Origin: Felis catus
Taxonomy: Eukaryota
NCBI RefSeq assembly: GCF_018350175.1
Contig: NC_058373.1
Coordinates: 100,566,001 to 100,630,000 of the forward strand
Direction of reading: 5' to 3'
DNA: 64,000 nucleotides
Numbering within the stretch: position 1 is the first letter of the stretch; each line of letters begins with the position of its first letter. Positions 39,258-53,651 of this stretch are shown here, in pieces. Under the pieces are notes generated by a model. It had not been told where the DNA came from. It saw only the letters and a program-made list of their open reading frames with translations, and ran no database searches. Made by a program: the position numbers and the translations under genes.

Positions 39258-39460
39258 ATTTTTTTTAATGTTTATTTATTTTTGAGAGAGAGAGAGAGAG
39301 AGTGCAAGTAGGGCGGGGGCAGAGAGAGGGGGAGAGAGGATCCAAAGAGGGCTCTGCACTGACAGCAGCAAGCCCAGTGTGAGGCTTGAACTCAGGAACT
39401 GCGTGATCATGACCTGAGCTGAAGTGGGGTGCTCAATCAACTGCACCACCTAGGTGCCCC
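39258..39460 (-). mobile_element. CanSINE
   Basis: TTTATTTATTTTTGAGAGAG...CACCTAGGTGCCCC. Confidence 0.9.
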
Positions 39461-40557
39461 CCAATTTTTTTTATATCCCTTCTGGAAATAAAGGCCAATG
39501 GCATTGAAGGTATATATTCAAATGAAACAGATTGCAGATCAATACAATATTGATGCATTCTTAATGGAGGCAACCACAAAATCCTTAGCTTGTTTACATC
39601 GGAAAAGAAGATTTGGCTATATCCCTGCCCTTTCATTATAGAAAAGTGAGTTAGACTATGACCATAGGCTATTGTGAGGTCTGCATTATGCATCCACTGT
39701 GGATGCATTTGATGACTTTTGTGCTCCAGGAGTTTTTCCTGTCTTGTCCCAGAGGTAAACCGAAAGTCAATATTTATTTATTCACAAAGTATATGGTACA
39801 TAATTCATACATAGTATGTACATATAGTATATAATTCATATCAATTACCTTTAACAATAAGTAATTGATAATCATAAGTTTTATTAAGACTTAGATATAG
39901 TATCTTGTATGTTTGTAGTTTATTCTGATTCTCATATGATAAGTGAGAACGGAGAGAAAAAAGAAGCTATGTTTCAGTAGGGATTTCCACTAGTGCAACT
40001 CTGAGTAATTTGCTGAGTTTTTAAAGGACTGAGTGGCAGAATCAATTCAGTGTTGTAACTGCTGCTTAAGACAGTGTCTTTATCCTTACATCATAAGTCA
40101 GCATTTCAAGTGTCAATCAATATATGATTGTAGACTTACAAGCCCACAGACCCCTTTCACAGCTTTCCCATTGCTTTTTGAACCATACTTTTAAGACATT
40201 AGGGTAATATCATTTACAAATTAAAATAGGATGTAGGAAAGCAAAGTTCTTCAGAAATTTAATCTTCTTTAAGATTAAGTAACTTGTATTTTAAATATAA
40301 GAAATGAGTAACAATGGTCTCATGTTTACAATTCACTTATTTACTTCTTCAGTTTAGAACTTCAGAGTCAAAATAATTACTAATCATCAATGAGAGCTCA
40401 CAGTCCTTTATCTGATTATTCATATTATTATACTTCTCGAGTTAGAAATGATAAGCCCTGATCACTCATATTACCTTACTTTCAGGTTAGAAACTATAAA
40501 CCTCTTGAGATGCTCTTGGTTCTTTGGAGGTAATCTTAATGAAGATATAGAGGGACA

Positions 40558-40975
40558 GTGTATTGGTGTCCTAGAGCTGCCATAAGTAAATTTCTACAAA
40601 CTGTGTGGCTTAAAACAACAGAAATTCATCCTTTCACAGTTGTGAATGTTGTCAACGTTGGTTCCTTCTGGAGGCTGTGAGGGAGGAACTGTCCCATGTT
40701 TCTCTCCTAGCTTCTGATGGTTGCTCGCCTTTAGTTGCATTTCTCTAATCTCTGCCTCTGTCATCACATGATCTTCCTTGTGTGTCTGTATGTCAGTCCT
40801 TCCTTTTCTTAAAGGACACCGGCCATTAGATTAGGGCCCACTCTAACCCAGTATGACCTCATCTTAACGAATTACATCTGCTAAGACTATTTTTCCAAGA
40901 AAGGCTACATTCTGAGGTTCTGAGCTACATTCTGAACAAGAATTTTGGGGGGATACTAGTTGATCCACTATAAAC
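40558..40975. mobile_element. MLT1B/C-type MaLR LTR
   Basis: GGCTTAAAACAACAGAAATT...GGATTAGGGCCCAC-like...ATGACCTCATCTTAAC...ATTACATCTGC. Confidence 0.85.
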
Positions 40976-42327
40976 AGTAAATGCTTATATGCAAGCACAA
41001 GTGCTTAAACAACTTTGTCAAGCATGTAAAAAATGACTAGATTAATTTTTACCAACGAGCTTTTATATATTTAAGTGAAAATAGGAAATGTAAAGACCAT
41101 AAATATAGATGCAGGAATTCAACATTCCAAATTCAGAAAAGGATATGGTACAAAGGAGATTCCATGGTATGTTTACTGTAGTAAAGGCAGTAATTCATTG
41201 CAAAAATAAACATTATACAAATAAGGAAAAATGATGCTTGACAGAGGTAGCTCAGGAAAAGGTGCCTTTTGGCTCATTCAACAATTTCTGTCTGTTGATC
41301 CATCCAATCATCTGTTCGTCCTCTCACCTATTCAAAAAAAGTTTGAGTTGATTTCTAGAAATACATTAAAAACAATGAATATAAGTGAGAAAATAGGAGA
41401 AAGGGGAAAAGTGAGGTTAGAAAAATAAAAAAAATCAGGAAATAAAACATACTGGGTTAAGTCCCTTATATTTGCAAAATAAAGATGGACCACAGTTCAG
41501 CTCTGCACTTTCCTAGAGATCGTTATGTGATCCATAATCTCAATAAGATGAAATATTTGGATATTAATATTCTTTGTCTGTAAAAAGGAAATAAAGCATT
41601 ATTCAGCAAAGGGAATTCCTTATTTTCATCTTTAGAATTTTAGGTGTTAATTATTAGATGCTATATTATTGTAAAACTTTACTATGTATACACCTTCCTG
41701 AAATTTCACAGGTAAGTCACAGATTTTCTGCAAAACATTTCTGAGGGGCAATGAGAGAGACAGTATCTTTACTAAATCCTTTCTGACAGAGACATAATAC
41801 TAGGAAATATAATTCAAAGTGGATCATATCTGTTTTGAAAACAAAACAACTATCAAAACAAAATCCAACCCATAATAGGAACACCTTGACATTGGGAAGA
41901 ATGGCAAAATGAACTATTGTATATCTCAGACTATGGGGCACTGTGCAAAAAGCAGTTAAAAAGAATGTACTGGTAGAGAAAGATTGTCAAATCATATTCT
42001 TAAGTGAAAACAGCAAGTCACAGAAAAGTGATCTGTGGTTTGATCTTATTTTTACATTAAAAACACAAATCTACACTATACATGTACAATATACATATAT
42101 GCATATGTATACATATATATTCACCCATATACACATAAATCATCAGTAAAAATCTGAAGGAATAAGCTCCAAATTACCCACATAGCTAGTCCTGGAAGGT
42201 GGTGAAGAAATGAAGTTAGATCTTAAGTTCTATATTTTTGAACTTTATATGATGAGTATACATTTGTATGTTACTTGTATAATTAAATAACATTTTTAAA
42301 AAGTAAACTAAAGTGGAGAGTAATGTA

Positions 42328-42459
42328 GGGGCGCCTGGATGGCTGAGTCAGTTGGCATCCGACTCTCAATTTCAGCTCAGGCTATGATCTCACGGTTAGT
42401 GGGTTTGAGCCCCATGAGGGGCTCTGCGCTGACAGTGTGCAGCCTGCTCGGGATTCTTG

Positions 42460-42493
<34 letters not shown>

Positions 42494-42533
42494 GTCCTCC
42501 CCCCTCCCCCTAAATAAATAAACATTTTTTTAA
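42328..42533 (+). mobile_element. CanSINE
   Basis: TSD AAAGTGGAGAGTAATGTAG on both sides. Confidence 0.93.
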
Positions 42534-43033
42534 AAAGTGGAGAGTAATGTAGTGTTGACCTCTCTCACTGCCTTAGAGGTTTCTCTTTTCCAAGTAGCCT
42601 TCTCCTCGTATGACCACATCAATCTTATTGACTTGCTGATTTGAGTAAAATCACTATCTACGGGTGTCACTGAAATCACACAGAGGTTGCAGACAGACCT
42701 AGATTCAGTTCTCAGTCCTGTCAGATTAGCTTTGTGAACTTTGAGCTCAGATTCATCATCAGTTACACGGAAATAATGGCAATACTTGCCTCACTTTGTT
42801 GTGGCGAGGATTAGTTAAGAAAAAAACAGGCTAATCTATATGAAAGCACTTGCAGAACCTCCATGACTGTCACCTGCTACTACTGGCAGCAAACACATTA
42901 TGCAACACGATATCTTCCTATATTTCCAAGACTTCCTTTTTTAATGTTCTTTTTCCCTTTCCCCCTCTGGCTTCCTTTTTGTTTATAAGTTTTGTGAGGT
43001 AGAATCAGTGGTATTCAGCATCTAAAGTACCTT

Positions 43034-43233
43034 TTATTTTTTTTAACATTTATTTTTGAGAGAGAGAGCATGAGCGGGGAATGGGCGGACAGAGAGAGAG
43101 ACAGAATCTGAAGAAGGCACTAGGCTCCAAGCTGTCAGCACAGAGCCTGACGCGGGGCTCAAACCCATAAACTGTGAGATCACGACCTGAGCCAAAGTCG
43201 GACGCTTAACCAACTGAGCCATCCAGGCTCCCC
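43034..43233 (-). mobile_element. CanSINE
   Basis: Flanked by TAAAGTACCTT at 43023 and 43235. Confidence 0.93.
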
Positions 43234-43249
43234 GTAAAGTACCTTATTT

Positions 43250-43470
43250 CTAAAAAAAAATTTTTAAACGTTTCTTTTTTTTTTTTTTTGAAGTAGAGAG
43301 AGACAGAGTGTGAGCAGGGGAGGCACAGAGAGGGGAACACAGAATCCGAAGCAGGCTCCAGACTCCGAGTGCCAGCACAGAGTCCAACACAGGTCTCAAA
43401 CCAGTGAACCGTGAATTAATGGCCCAAGCCAAAGACTGACGCTTAACCAGCTGAGCCACCCAGGCACCCC
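43250..43470 (-). mobile_element. CanSINE
   Basis: Flanked by AAGTACCTTATTT at ~43237 and 43471. Confidence 0.93.
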
Positions 43471-44271
43471 AAGTACCTTATTTATTTACATTTCAACTAG
43501 CCCTGTGATTCCTCGTTTACTAAACCTGTTCTTCTCAGAACTATTGGCCAATCCACACAGACGTCAACAAAGGTAATTCAACTTCTCAATCCTTAAACGG
43601 CTTGTAAAATTACTTGTATCTTTTTCTTCGAACCTGTTCACAAACTCTTTTTGGCTCCCATACCTTGGTGAAACTCTGAGGAGAGGCCATAGACCTAAAT
43701 TTTAGGTCACATGGAATCTTTTTTTGCAACTCTGCTCTCTCCCCTACTTAATGCTGCTGGCTTTCTTACTAACAGTGGCACAGCCTGTGGGGCTAAAAAC
43801 AAAAATTCAACATACTCTTCCATGTATGTTGAAATTGTCTTTTGAGGAGTCCAGGGACCTCTGAGATTCTTTGATATCTGCAAATTTCTGATCTCCTTCA
43901 AAGGTCATGAAAATTACAAGAACCCTATTAGTGCTAAATGAATTTTAAGATTAAGTGAAACTTTCTTGAAGCTGTTTGAAGACTTAGTCTGAGTCAGAGG
44001 CGAAACATGGAATTCATTATAATTCTTAGGAAAAGGATGTAAATGGAATTTTAATTTCAGTGGCATCTTTCAGCAAGATGTTTGTACTTGTAAAATCAAG
44101 AACAATTGATATGACCTTTCTCTTAAGGGGTATCAGTTATTAGGGGAAACTGACAAAAGATCAGTTGAAATGGACACATATATACCGCATGCCTATTAAG
44201 TAAGAGTCAAGCACTGAATTAGGGGCAAAACTCAGAGTCCAGTGACAAAGTGGACAATTAAATAGGCAGAT

Positions 44272-44387
44272 AGAGGAGCAGTCTGGTAAGCCTCCGACTC
44301 TTGATTTCACTTAAGTCATGATCTCAGGGTTGGTGGGATTGAGCCCCATGTTGGGCTCCCAGCTGATAGCATGGAACCTGCTTGGGA

Positions 44388-44432
<45 letters not shown>

Positions 44433-44498
44433 CCTCCCCTGCTTGTACATGTGCTCTCTAAAGAAATAAATAAATAAACAAGTAAGTAAGTAAAATAA
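44272..44498 (+). mobile_element. CanSINE
   Basis: TCATGATCTCAGGG...GCTTGGGATTCTCTCTC, (CT)n region, AAAT tail. Confidence 0.85.
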
Positions 44499-45304
44499 TT
44501 AAAAAAAATTGGCAGATGGAAAGCTGAAAGTAGCCATGAGAAAAGCCTGGAAGGGTGCTGTTGCAGTACTCAGAAGACAAGAATGGGGACATTCAATCAC
44601 AGAAGGCCCCCCAGCAAAAAGATGCCTAAAGCAGGACCTGAAAGGTAAATAAAAGGTAGCTGAAAGAGGAGAATGGAGGGGGACTGCAAAACAATATTCC
44701 AGGCAGAAAGAATCCTGTCCACGCTGATCCAGGGCTTGAAGAACTGGAAGACAGAGAGTGGGGTAGGAGAGGAACGTACATACAGATTGTTGGAAAGCCA
44801 AATAATATAAAACCATAATTATGCAGACACTGAAGAAGTCTAATGTATTTTGAAAAAAAATGAAAAGTTATTCCATGGGAGCTTCTTTGAGAGGATTACA
44901 ATCCACTGTATTTAAATAGCAGGCTTGGGGCTCCTGGCTGGCCCAGTCAGTACAGCATTCAACTCCTGAGCTGCCAGTTGTGAGTTTGAACCCCACATGG
45001 GTGTAGAGATTACTTAAAACTAAAATCTTAAATAAAATGCAGACCTAAGTCCCTGGAATGATTGCAGATAGGACCTTCCTAAGTCAATCCAACTATAGGC
45101 ACTTTGATAGCTCCTGATTCATCTGGCACAGGGCCTTGCTCATAATTGCCACTCAGTCTATATTGCTGACCCAGGGCACTTCCATTCCATGACCTATAAT
45201 GATATTGTCATCATCCTCACATGGGCTCACCAGGGGCTCATCCTCTATAAGTCACTGTTTGGATTTTGATGTGAAAGGCATTGCAGAGCTCAATCTGCTT
45301 TAAA

Positions 45305-45500
45305 ATCTGCTCAGTTGGTTGAACATTTGACTCTTGATTTCATCTCACGTCATGATCCCAGGGTCATGGGGCTTGTCAGGGGTCAGTGTGGAGCCTGCTT
45401 GGGATTCTCTCTTTCTCTCCCCCTGCCCTTCCCCCACTCACATTATCTCTGTCTCCCTCAAAATAAAGAAATAAACTTAAAAAAATAATAAAAATAAAAT
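45305..45500 (+). mobile_element. CanSINE
   Basis: GCTCAGTTGGTT...GGAGCCTGCTTGGGATTCTCTC...A-rich tail. Confidence 0.85.
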
Positions 45501-48500
45501 AGTTCCTCAATAGGCCTGCCATGGTGGGTTTTTCGTTCCTAACAGGTCTCACATATACCTGTAATCTGAGGTACTTTCTTGAGTTACGTAATGAAGGTAG
45601 GGACATTTTCCTCATAGATGTATCCTTAAAGTGTGTGCAACTGATATGTTCAGGCTTTTCACTAAGTATATATGAGGTCATATTAAGTTTTTAATGCCCA
45701 AATTATGACTTGAATCCCCACTGACTTGATTGCTAGCCAAATATTTCCAAATATTGCTTGTTGGTCCCCAATGGAGAGCTTACATCTGCTTACAGTTTGT
45801 TCTGTCTACCACAATAAGCATCCTCATCCACCATGTCCCTTCTCCCCTGCTCTGGCAATACTGTGTCCACCCCCGTGCCCTTCCTGGCCTCCAAGTAGCT
45901 TGAAGGAACCTTGCTGTTGTCTCACTACTGGTGCTGTCCCCTCCTGATGTTGGTGGTAGCCTTGCCAAGGTGCTGTCTTCTGACTCGCCCAAAGCTGCCT
46001 CCAATCTGGGTTCCTGCAAGAGCAGTGCCAGGCTGAGCTGGGAGGAGGGAGGGTCAGTCCTCTTTCCAGCTCTGAACCTAGTGGGTGCACACTGCTCTGC
46101 CCAGAGTCATAAAGCTTCTGCTTCAAACTTTCTCTTCAGTTTCTACTCCCAGAGACAACTCTCAGCTCCTCTTCCCCTTCTTCCTGTCCTCCCACCATTC
46201 CCAAAATAACACAAAAAGCCTCAGAGCTAAAGTTTGGGGTCAACCACCACAGAATAGTATGTGATCGTATAGCATCCATGGCCAAGTTAACATACTAACA
46301 AGGGGAAGCATCTTAATAGGTTTTCTCAAGAACAATTACTAGTCTCTTCCAAAGTGAAGAAAGATGTCTCCACTTCTGGGTGCAAAAGAACTTGCAACTC
46401 TTAAATGACCACTTCCTCACATATACTCACCCAGGTTTCAAAAATCTTAAGGCCCAGGTCTAGCTAGGGCATCCAGGGCAGAGAGGAAGGTCTACCACTC
46501 AGAAGGAAAAAAGACAGCTCTTTTTTTTTTTTTTAACCCAACAATTCTCAACAGTTTATCAGATTGGTAAAGGTACAAAGAATCAGAACTCTTAAGGCTG
46601 GTCAATGTCAATTTATGAAATATCTGGAACCAGAAAACTCTGGGTAGTTTTATATGACTCCAGTAGAAGACAGCAAGGGCAGAGGGTGAGAAGGAAAGCA
46701 TCCAGAAAGAGATTCTAGACATGAATGGTGTGAAAGACAAACTCTGGTCCTACCAATTAAGCTGTGTTTTGACTTTCTAAATTCACCCTTAAGTTAATAT
46801 CATCGACTCTGAAAAAGATGTCATAAACATTCTTGATATAAGATTACATGCCTTTAATAGGTAAAAGAGTTCCTAGTTCTAAGTTGGAATGACTAATAAT
46901 CCCCTATCAGAAGTTATAAATAGAAAATTAGCAAACGAGGAAATGAAAACTAAAAAAATAGTTAAAAGAATAGGATGAAAGGTTCATCTTGCACATTAAC
47001 AACAACAAAAAACATAAAATAAAGCAATAATTGCATGCTACTTTGTGCCAAGCAAAATTTGTGCCAAATCATGAGGCTATGAATTACCACGTTCATGAGG
47101 GCTGGAATTTATTCGGTACATGATAGGAAGACATGGACAGATTTTTAGCAGGAGAATAACATCTTCTTAGAGCCCTCTCTTTTTTAAAAGGAAAGATTAG
47201 TCAATTTGGTATAGGATGGATTAAAGAAGATCAAGATCATAGTGCCTACCATTATTTTAAATATGAGGTAACAATTCCAGAAATGGTCTGTACAGGCATG
47301 TTGCTACATATCTAGGTTTGGAAAAACCCATGAGAAAGGACTGGATAATGCACCGACTTCCTCCATCCATTATGCTGTCTCTCAGTAGAGCTCGCTGCCT
47401 GATAAGTGATGTTAATGTACCGTGAGACTCTGTATAACTTGATATCACATGAGAACAGCCCAGAACTCATTTTTCAAATTGAACAGAGGTGTCCTTTTAA
47501 AGAAATTTTGTCTTTCCACGAAAATTAGGAAGCATCAGCATCAAGAATTGGGGGATTTCCATTTTCAGAAAGTGCTTTGTGTTTTTTCTTCTCAATGCCC
47601 ATGACACATGAACAATTTTCTTAGCTCCTTATGGTGGCTATGGCATTCGTTTTTAATGGTCCTCCTTAATTGCAAAGATATCCTGTGGTAATAAGGCTTC
47701 CTTAAGTCTGGCTTTACTCCAAGGACAAAGAGTTTTCTGATTACGTATTTTTAAAAAATTTTGCAACCTTCTTAGAAGATGCCTTTCCCTAAATGAACAC
47801 AAACATTGTTTCCTTCTTTCAAAGAAATAACTGAACAACAGTTCTGTTTAATTGGCAATAACATTGAGCAAAACCCCATTTTTCCTGCCACATTTCTCCT
47901 GTTTACTTCCAGTGTGTTAAGCCTGTCTCTTAGGACCTAGTGATACAATGATGGTTTACCCTTTCCCCAATTGAGGTCTGCTGTCATCCACACCATCTGC
48001 TGACTATAATCTAATATAGTGACTCTAGAGCTAATTTTTTTTTTATAACTTATTACTATTATAAGAATTTTCCAGAACTTTTCCAGGTAGAGCTCTAAGT
48101 ATGGAAAAACAGAGTCTCTGGGCTATCATAACTTTCTCTTTCTTTTTGTAAGTAGATGCAGTAGGCTTTGTTCATCTCAGCCATCCTTAACTGCGTCCTT
48201 CATAGAAATGGAAGGAAAAAAAGTTGGTGCTATTGACAGGAATCAGGGAAAGCATGTGTGTTTCAAGATGTGTAGTGAATAGCAATGTGGTAAATAAGGA
48301 GTGAAATAAGTACAGGATAGGAAACTAGGAAACCTGGATTCCAGACTCAGGCCTGTCATCAACTAGACATTTGAACTCTGGCAACAGTTTATCCTCACAG
48401 GGTATGACTTTTTTTCATTTGTAACATGAGGAAATTGAGCTAAAGTCATTTCTACTCATGACCTCTTATGATTATTTTTCCTACTCCCAAATTCAGCGTC

Positions 48501-49130
48501 TGTGACTACATAAGACTTCTGGCTTTTTTGATAAATGGGGGCATCTGGCCTGCCATTATTAGCATCAGTGAAGATGTGAGCAATTGAAATGATAGGTCAT
48601 GTTAACCTAGAGGAAAGTAAAGCTATTGAAATAGTAGGGGTATCCTGGGAGTTGGGGCAATACTGGATGTGGCTTAGAGACTGTTTGCATGATCTTACGT
48701 ATTATCTCTCTTCTTTATACTTCTCTTGTTTTGTTCATTCCTGTCCTATCTTATTTTTGTGTTTTCTATTTTTATATTCTTCTTCCAACCCTGACCCTGT
48801 TCTTTCCTTTATAGGGTTTAGGCTTCAGTGTTCGTGGAAAGTAATTTTCAGAATTCTGGGTCTGAAAGAAATGTCATATTGTAACTCTTGCTAACTGAAA
48901 TGTAAAGCTAGCCAGCTTCATGTGTCAGTTCACACTGTGCAAAGCCTCTGGAGTATGAGTGTGGGCGGCGCTGCCCCTGCAAGAGTTCCTGGCACCGAAG
49001 TTCCTGGGAGAGAATCCCTATACATGTCATTCAAGTACAAGTGCCACATGACTCACATGCCATGAGGCAGAGGCTCCCCATTTGCTTCTGTCCATGTCCA
49101 CCTTGTGCCCTGTCTTCTTGTTTCTTCTTT

Positions 49131-49325
49131 TTAAAAAGATTTTTTTTAATGTTTGTTTATTTTTGAGACAGAGCATGAGTGGGGGAGGGGCAGAGAGTGG
49201 GAGACACAGAATCTGAAGCAGGCTCCAGGCTCCGAGCTGTCAGCATAGAACCTGACCCATGAACCGCAAGATCACAACCTGAGCCGAAGTCAGATGCTTA
49301 ACAGACTGAACCCCCCGGGCACCCC
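49131..49325 (-). mobile_element. CanSINE
   Basis: TSD TCTTGTTTCTTCTT on both sides. Confidence 0.9.
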
Positions 49326-51107
49326 TCTTGTTTCTTCTTAAAAACGGTTTTCCCTCAGTACACTTATCACAATGAGCACTGAGTAATGTATAGACTTGTT
49401 GGACCACGTGAAACGAACATCACACTGTATGTTAACTCTACTGGAATTAAAGTTAAAAACTTAATTTAGAAATGTTTTTCTCTCTAGTGTGTTAAATTGC
49501 AACTTGTTTTATCAACATGGAGGGTACACATTCCAGGCTGCACGTGCAGTTATGTAAGAAATGTGCCCTCTTTTTCTCTCTTCTACCAGGTGGTAAAATA
49601 TTAATCTTAGGGTCTGAGTTCTGGGGTGCTCACCTGTGCCAAGGAGTCAGACTGGAGGTGAGAGTTGGGAGCATCTCTTTTACGTTGTCATCATTTATCC
49701 ATCCTGACACCTATCAAGATTGTCAGCATTCCTGCCTGATCTTTGATGAGTGATCAGTGGGTCACTGTTGTGTCTTTCTGGTCCCAACCTCGTGTCTTCA
49801 GGCCTGCTAGCCCTCTTTCAGTAGCGTGTTGACTGTCGTTCAGCTGGGGTACCACAGTGGCATACGGAAAACTCCATGAAGCTGTCTCAGGCCCTCTGGG
49901 CAAGAAGAGACATTGTGAAGCCATCGCTCTCTCTCGCACAAGCCTGAGTGGGCAAATCTGAAGGACTTAGCAGGCTTCCTAGGCTCTTGGCTGAGACAAT
50001 AAATAAGGAAGGTCCTAGCTACAGGGGCCCAGGAAGGGGCTAAGAGTACTAGGTGGCGGTAGGAAGGATGGGGTAGAGGAGGGAATAAGGGGGAAAATTC
50101 TAGGTTAATATTTCAAATATTATCCCACTACACAAATATTAATGAGTCTGTATTTAATCCTTGATTTTTGGCCCAAGGCAACAATAATAAACCTGTAAAC
50201 TATTTTGACCTTTTCATTCTGAAGATGTGGCTCAGGTAGGATATTGTTTTCAAAAGTCCAATGCTGTCCATAGTAATAGTGAAATTGCAAAGGGGTGATG
50301 TTGCCTGGTGCTTCTATTTCCTTTTCTTCTCTCTTTTTCTGTATTGTAGTGCTTTCTTTTTTCTGAGTTGCTTCTGTTATCCTGGTTTCTTCTGTCCTGG
50401 GGAAAAAATGAGGTAAATTAATTCATGCTAAAAGTCTCTGTCTTATAAAAGTATTTACACTTTGAAAGAGGGTAGCAAGGATAGATCAGTGTTTAACAGA
50501 AAGGAATGGGCCATGGTAGATGGAACTTACCATAGTAGTAGGGGAGAGATTTTTACCTTTTTCTCATTACAGGACTAACCACTCCATGGTTCAAGGTAAA
50601 GGGGTGGCATTCTCTCCCTCTTCTCTGAAAGGCTGGAAAAAATCAGGTAAGCGAGGAACAACAGACAAAGGAGGGGATCCCTGAGGCAGAGTGAAGGCAG
50701 AATTACAAAGCTGCTGTCAGAGGAACCAGTTAGAGACAGGCGTGGAGCCTGGCTAGTACACTGGGACGTCAGGACAGACTGAGAAGTATGAAAGAGGCAG
50801 AGGGCTTCCCAGGTGAAGTGTGCAATAGGAGCGAGAAAGGAGTTTGCTTTATGTGGTGCTTGGCCTGTGCTGTGAGCTTAAGGATACTGAACCAGACTGG
50901 TTAGAGGTCATGATGGTATGATGAGAGAAACAGACTCTCTGGAAAACCTCTACCACGCAAGTATGCTGTTTCTTGCTTTTTGAAATATGGTCAAGAGTTT
51001 ATATTTGGCATATTCCTTACGTACCAAGCAAAGTTCATTTTAATATATGACTTTCAGGTGTATCTTCTTTATTACCCATATTCTCAGTGCAAAAGTTGTA
51101 AAAAGTC

Positions 51108-51468
51108 CATCTTAGCCCAATTGGGTTGCTATCACAAAAATACCATAGACTAGGTGGTTTATAAATGACAAATTTATTTCTTACAGTTCTGGAATCTGGG
51201 AAGTCCAAGATCAAGGCATTGGCAGATTCAGTGTTTGGTGAGATCTACCTTTTGGTTCATAGACAGCCATCTTCTTGCTGTGTCCTCACATGGCAGAAGG
51301 GGTGAGAGATCTCTCTCAGGTCCTTTTTGCAAGGCAGTAATCCCACTCATGAGGGCTTCACCTTGATGATCTAATCACCTATCGAAGGCTCCACCGCCTA
51401 ATACCATCACATTGGGGGTTAGAATCTCAACAATTTTAGGGGGATACCGACATTTAATCAATAACACA
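51108..51468. mobile_element. MLT1A/MST-type MaLR LTR
   Basis: AATACCATAGACTAGGTGGTTTATAAA...GGGAAGTCCAAGATCAAGG...CTAATACCATCACATTGGGG. Confidence 0.88.
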
Positions 51469-51501
51469 TAACATCTTCCAACATAGTTTCATTTCACTTT
51501 T

Positions 51502-51720
51502 TTTTTAAATTTTTTTTAATGTTTATTTATTTTGGGGACAGAGAGAGACAGAGCATGAATGGGGGAGGGGCAGAGAGAGAGGGAGACACAGAATCGGAAG
51601 CAGGCTCCAGGCTCTGAGCCATCAGCCCAGAGCCTGACGCGGGGCTCGAACTCATGGACCGCGAGATCGTGACCCGAGCTGAAGTCGGACGCTTAACCGA
51701 CTGAGCCACCCAGGTGCCCC
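51502..51720 (-). mobile_element. Young felid CanSINE
   Basis: 17-bp TSD AGTTTCATTTCACTTTT at 51485 and 51721. Confidence 0.96.
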
Positions 51721-53609
51721 AGTTTCATTTCACTTTTAGCCCAGCAAGGTGGGCCAAGGTCAGTGCAAAAGGAATCACCTAGAAGTTCTCAGGCTTCCAC
51801 TATCCAGCTGACCTGCCCACCCCTGGTTCAACACCTCCCTACTAGAGTTAGCTTGTCTGATTGCATCTGTATCCTGTTAGTCAACCCTCCAGCTGATTGG
51901 CTGGTTGTGATTCTGGACTTTGGCACCATTCTCCTGTCTTTCTGATCACAGGTCTTTGATTTTGGTCAGGCCCTAAGTCCTCCCTTTGGCACATTATTGC
52001 CAAGACATGAGAACATTGGTTAGGGTTATTAGGTAAGAGGGTCAGGATTGGGAACCCTAATAAAGACAGATAAGATATAATCTCATTTCTCCAACTTGCC
52101 TTCATTTATTTAAAAAGATACTAATTTTGGATACTAAATGTAACTCTGTAAAAACTCCTTTTCAATAGCTTGTTTGTGGCCTTACAGTCACAGATAGCTA
52201 GTTAATTAAAATAAAACAAACAACAATTTTCTGTCCTTCCATTTCTCTAGGAGACAGGCCAGCAGCACATACCTTTAGAGCCAGATGCTTCTTAAGAATT
52301 ATTAGCAAAAGGGAGTATTGCTTGAAGTTTCACAAAGCTTGCTTGGGAGACTCTCCTGAGGTGAAATGAAAGTTAAGACCACAGAAGAAATGGATGCATT
52401 GAAACAAATATGTATACTATTCCTGGCTTTGGATTTTAGAAAAATGACAGGAAGAAGCAAGCCAGTCATACCCTTAAGAATCTCTGATGGGGTGTTCCTT
52501 TCTGAGAAACATTTCAGGACAGAGGTTAACTAGAAAGACAGTTTCACAAATACAGCCCAGTCTTGCAGAGAGCAGGCTTACTTTACCCAGCCTTCTTCAG
52601 AGAGCAAGAGGTCCATTTGCACGGTAGCCAGAGCCTGAGTTTTGGAGCCAGGCAGGCAAGTTGGGATCCTGGCCTCCCGTTTACCTGCTGTGGGCTCTTG
52701 TGTGAGATGACCAACTCTTTCTCAGCTTTGGTGTTTTTTTTCAGCCATTAAACATGGTAGTAATATTCATCTGAGAGTTCAATGTAATGATTAAAGACAA
52801 TGCATATAAATCTTTTGGTCATTAAACAATTAGCCTTGTTTCGGTGAAGGAAGGTCAAATTCGAGTCACTTTCAAGGTTGGCAGCCTCTTTATCTGGTTA
52901 TGACAGATAATATGCATGTATTTCTGGATTTGAAGGCCCGGCTCAGGATGGCCTGTTGACTGCCAGCAGGTTCCACAGGGGTCTGTTTCCAGACTTCCCT
53001 TATTTTTGCAAAGTAGAGATAAATGCTGATGGAAGCTGTCACTTGTCACATTCCCAGGAGCCAGCCATCTCTCTAATCTCTGTTCCTCTCCAAGCAGCGC
53101 TGTCGGGGAAGGCAAATCAAGAATTCAGAAAAGGGACTGCCGCTTTGGCATCACTTCTTTGCCCCCTCATGGAGATGTGTTGAATGCCCAGAGCTAGCTC
53201 GGAGGAACAGATACATGTCCTTCAGAAATATCTGGAGGAGCCTGGATATTTTCATAGTAAAAGACACCTTCACACATTAGTTTGAGGCAAAGGCTTATAT
53301 GTCTGTATGATAAATATTACTCCTTAAGTATGGTTACAGCCAGAATTACTCACAGCTGTAATCCACAGTCCTACAGTATGAGCAAGTAGGAGGTCCTGGG
53401 AAGACGTTTGGGACTTTTAAAGTTCACCTCAATAAAAATTGCAGAACTTCTGGGCACTGACATGGATTCTCACTTCCTCACTACATGGGTTCCATTTCCT
53501 TATTTAATTACCAACTTATTTCAAAATATGAATTTACGTCACTAGTGTCAGTCAGAGTGCCAGTGATTTTATAAGGTTAGGCCTAGAGGCAGAAATGAGG
53601 CTTGTTTTC

Positions 53610-53615
53610 AAAAAA

Positions 53616-53651
<36 letters not shown>

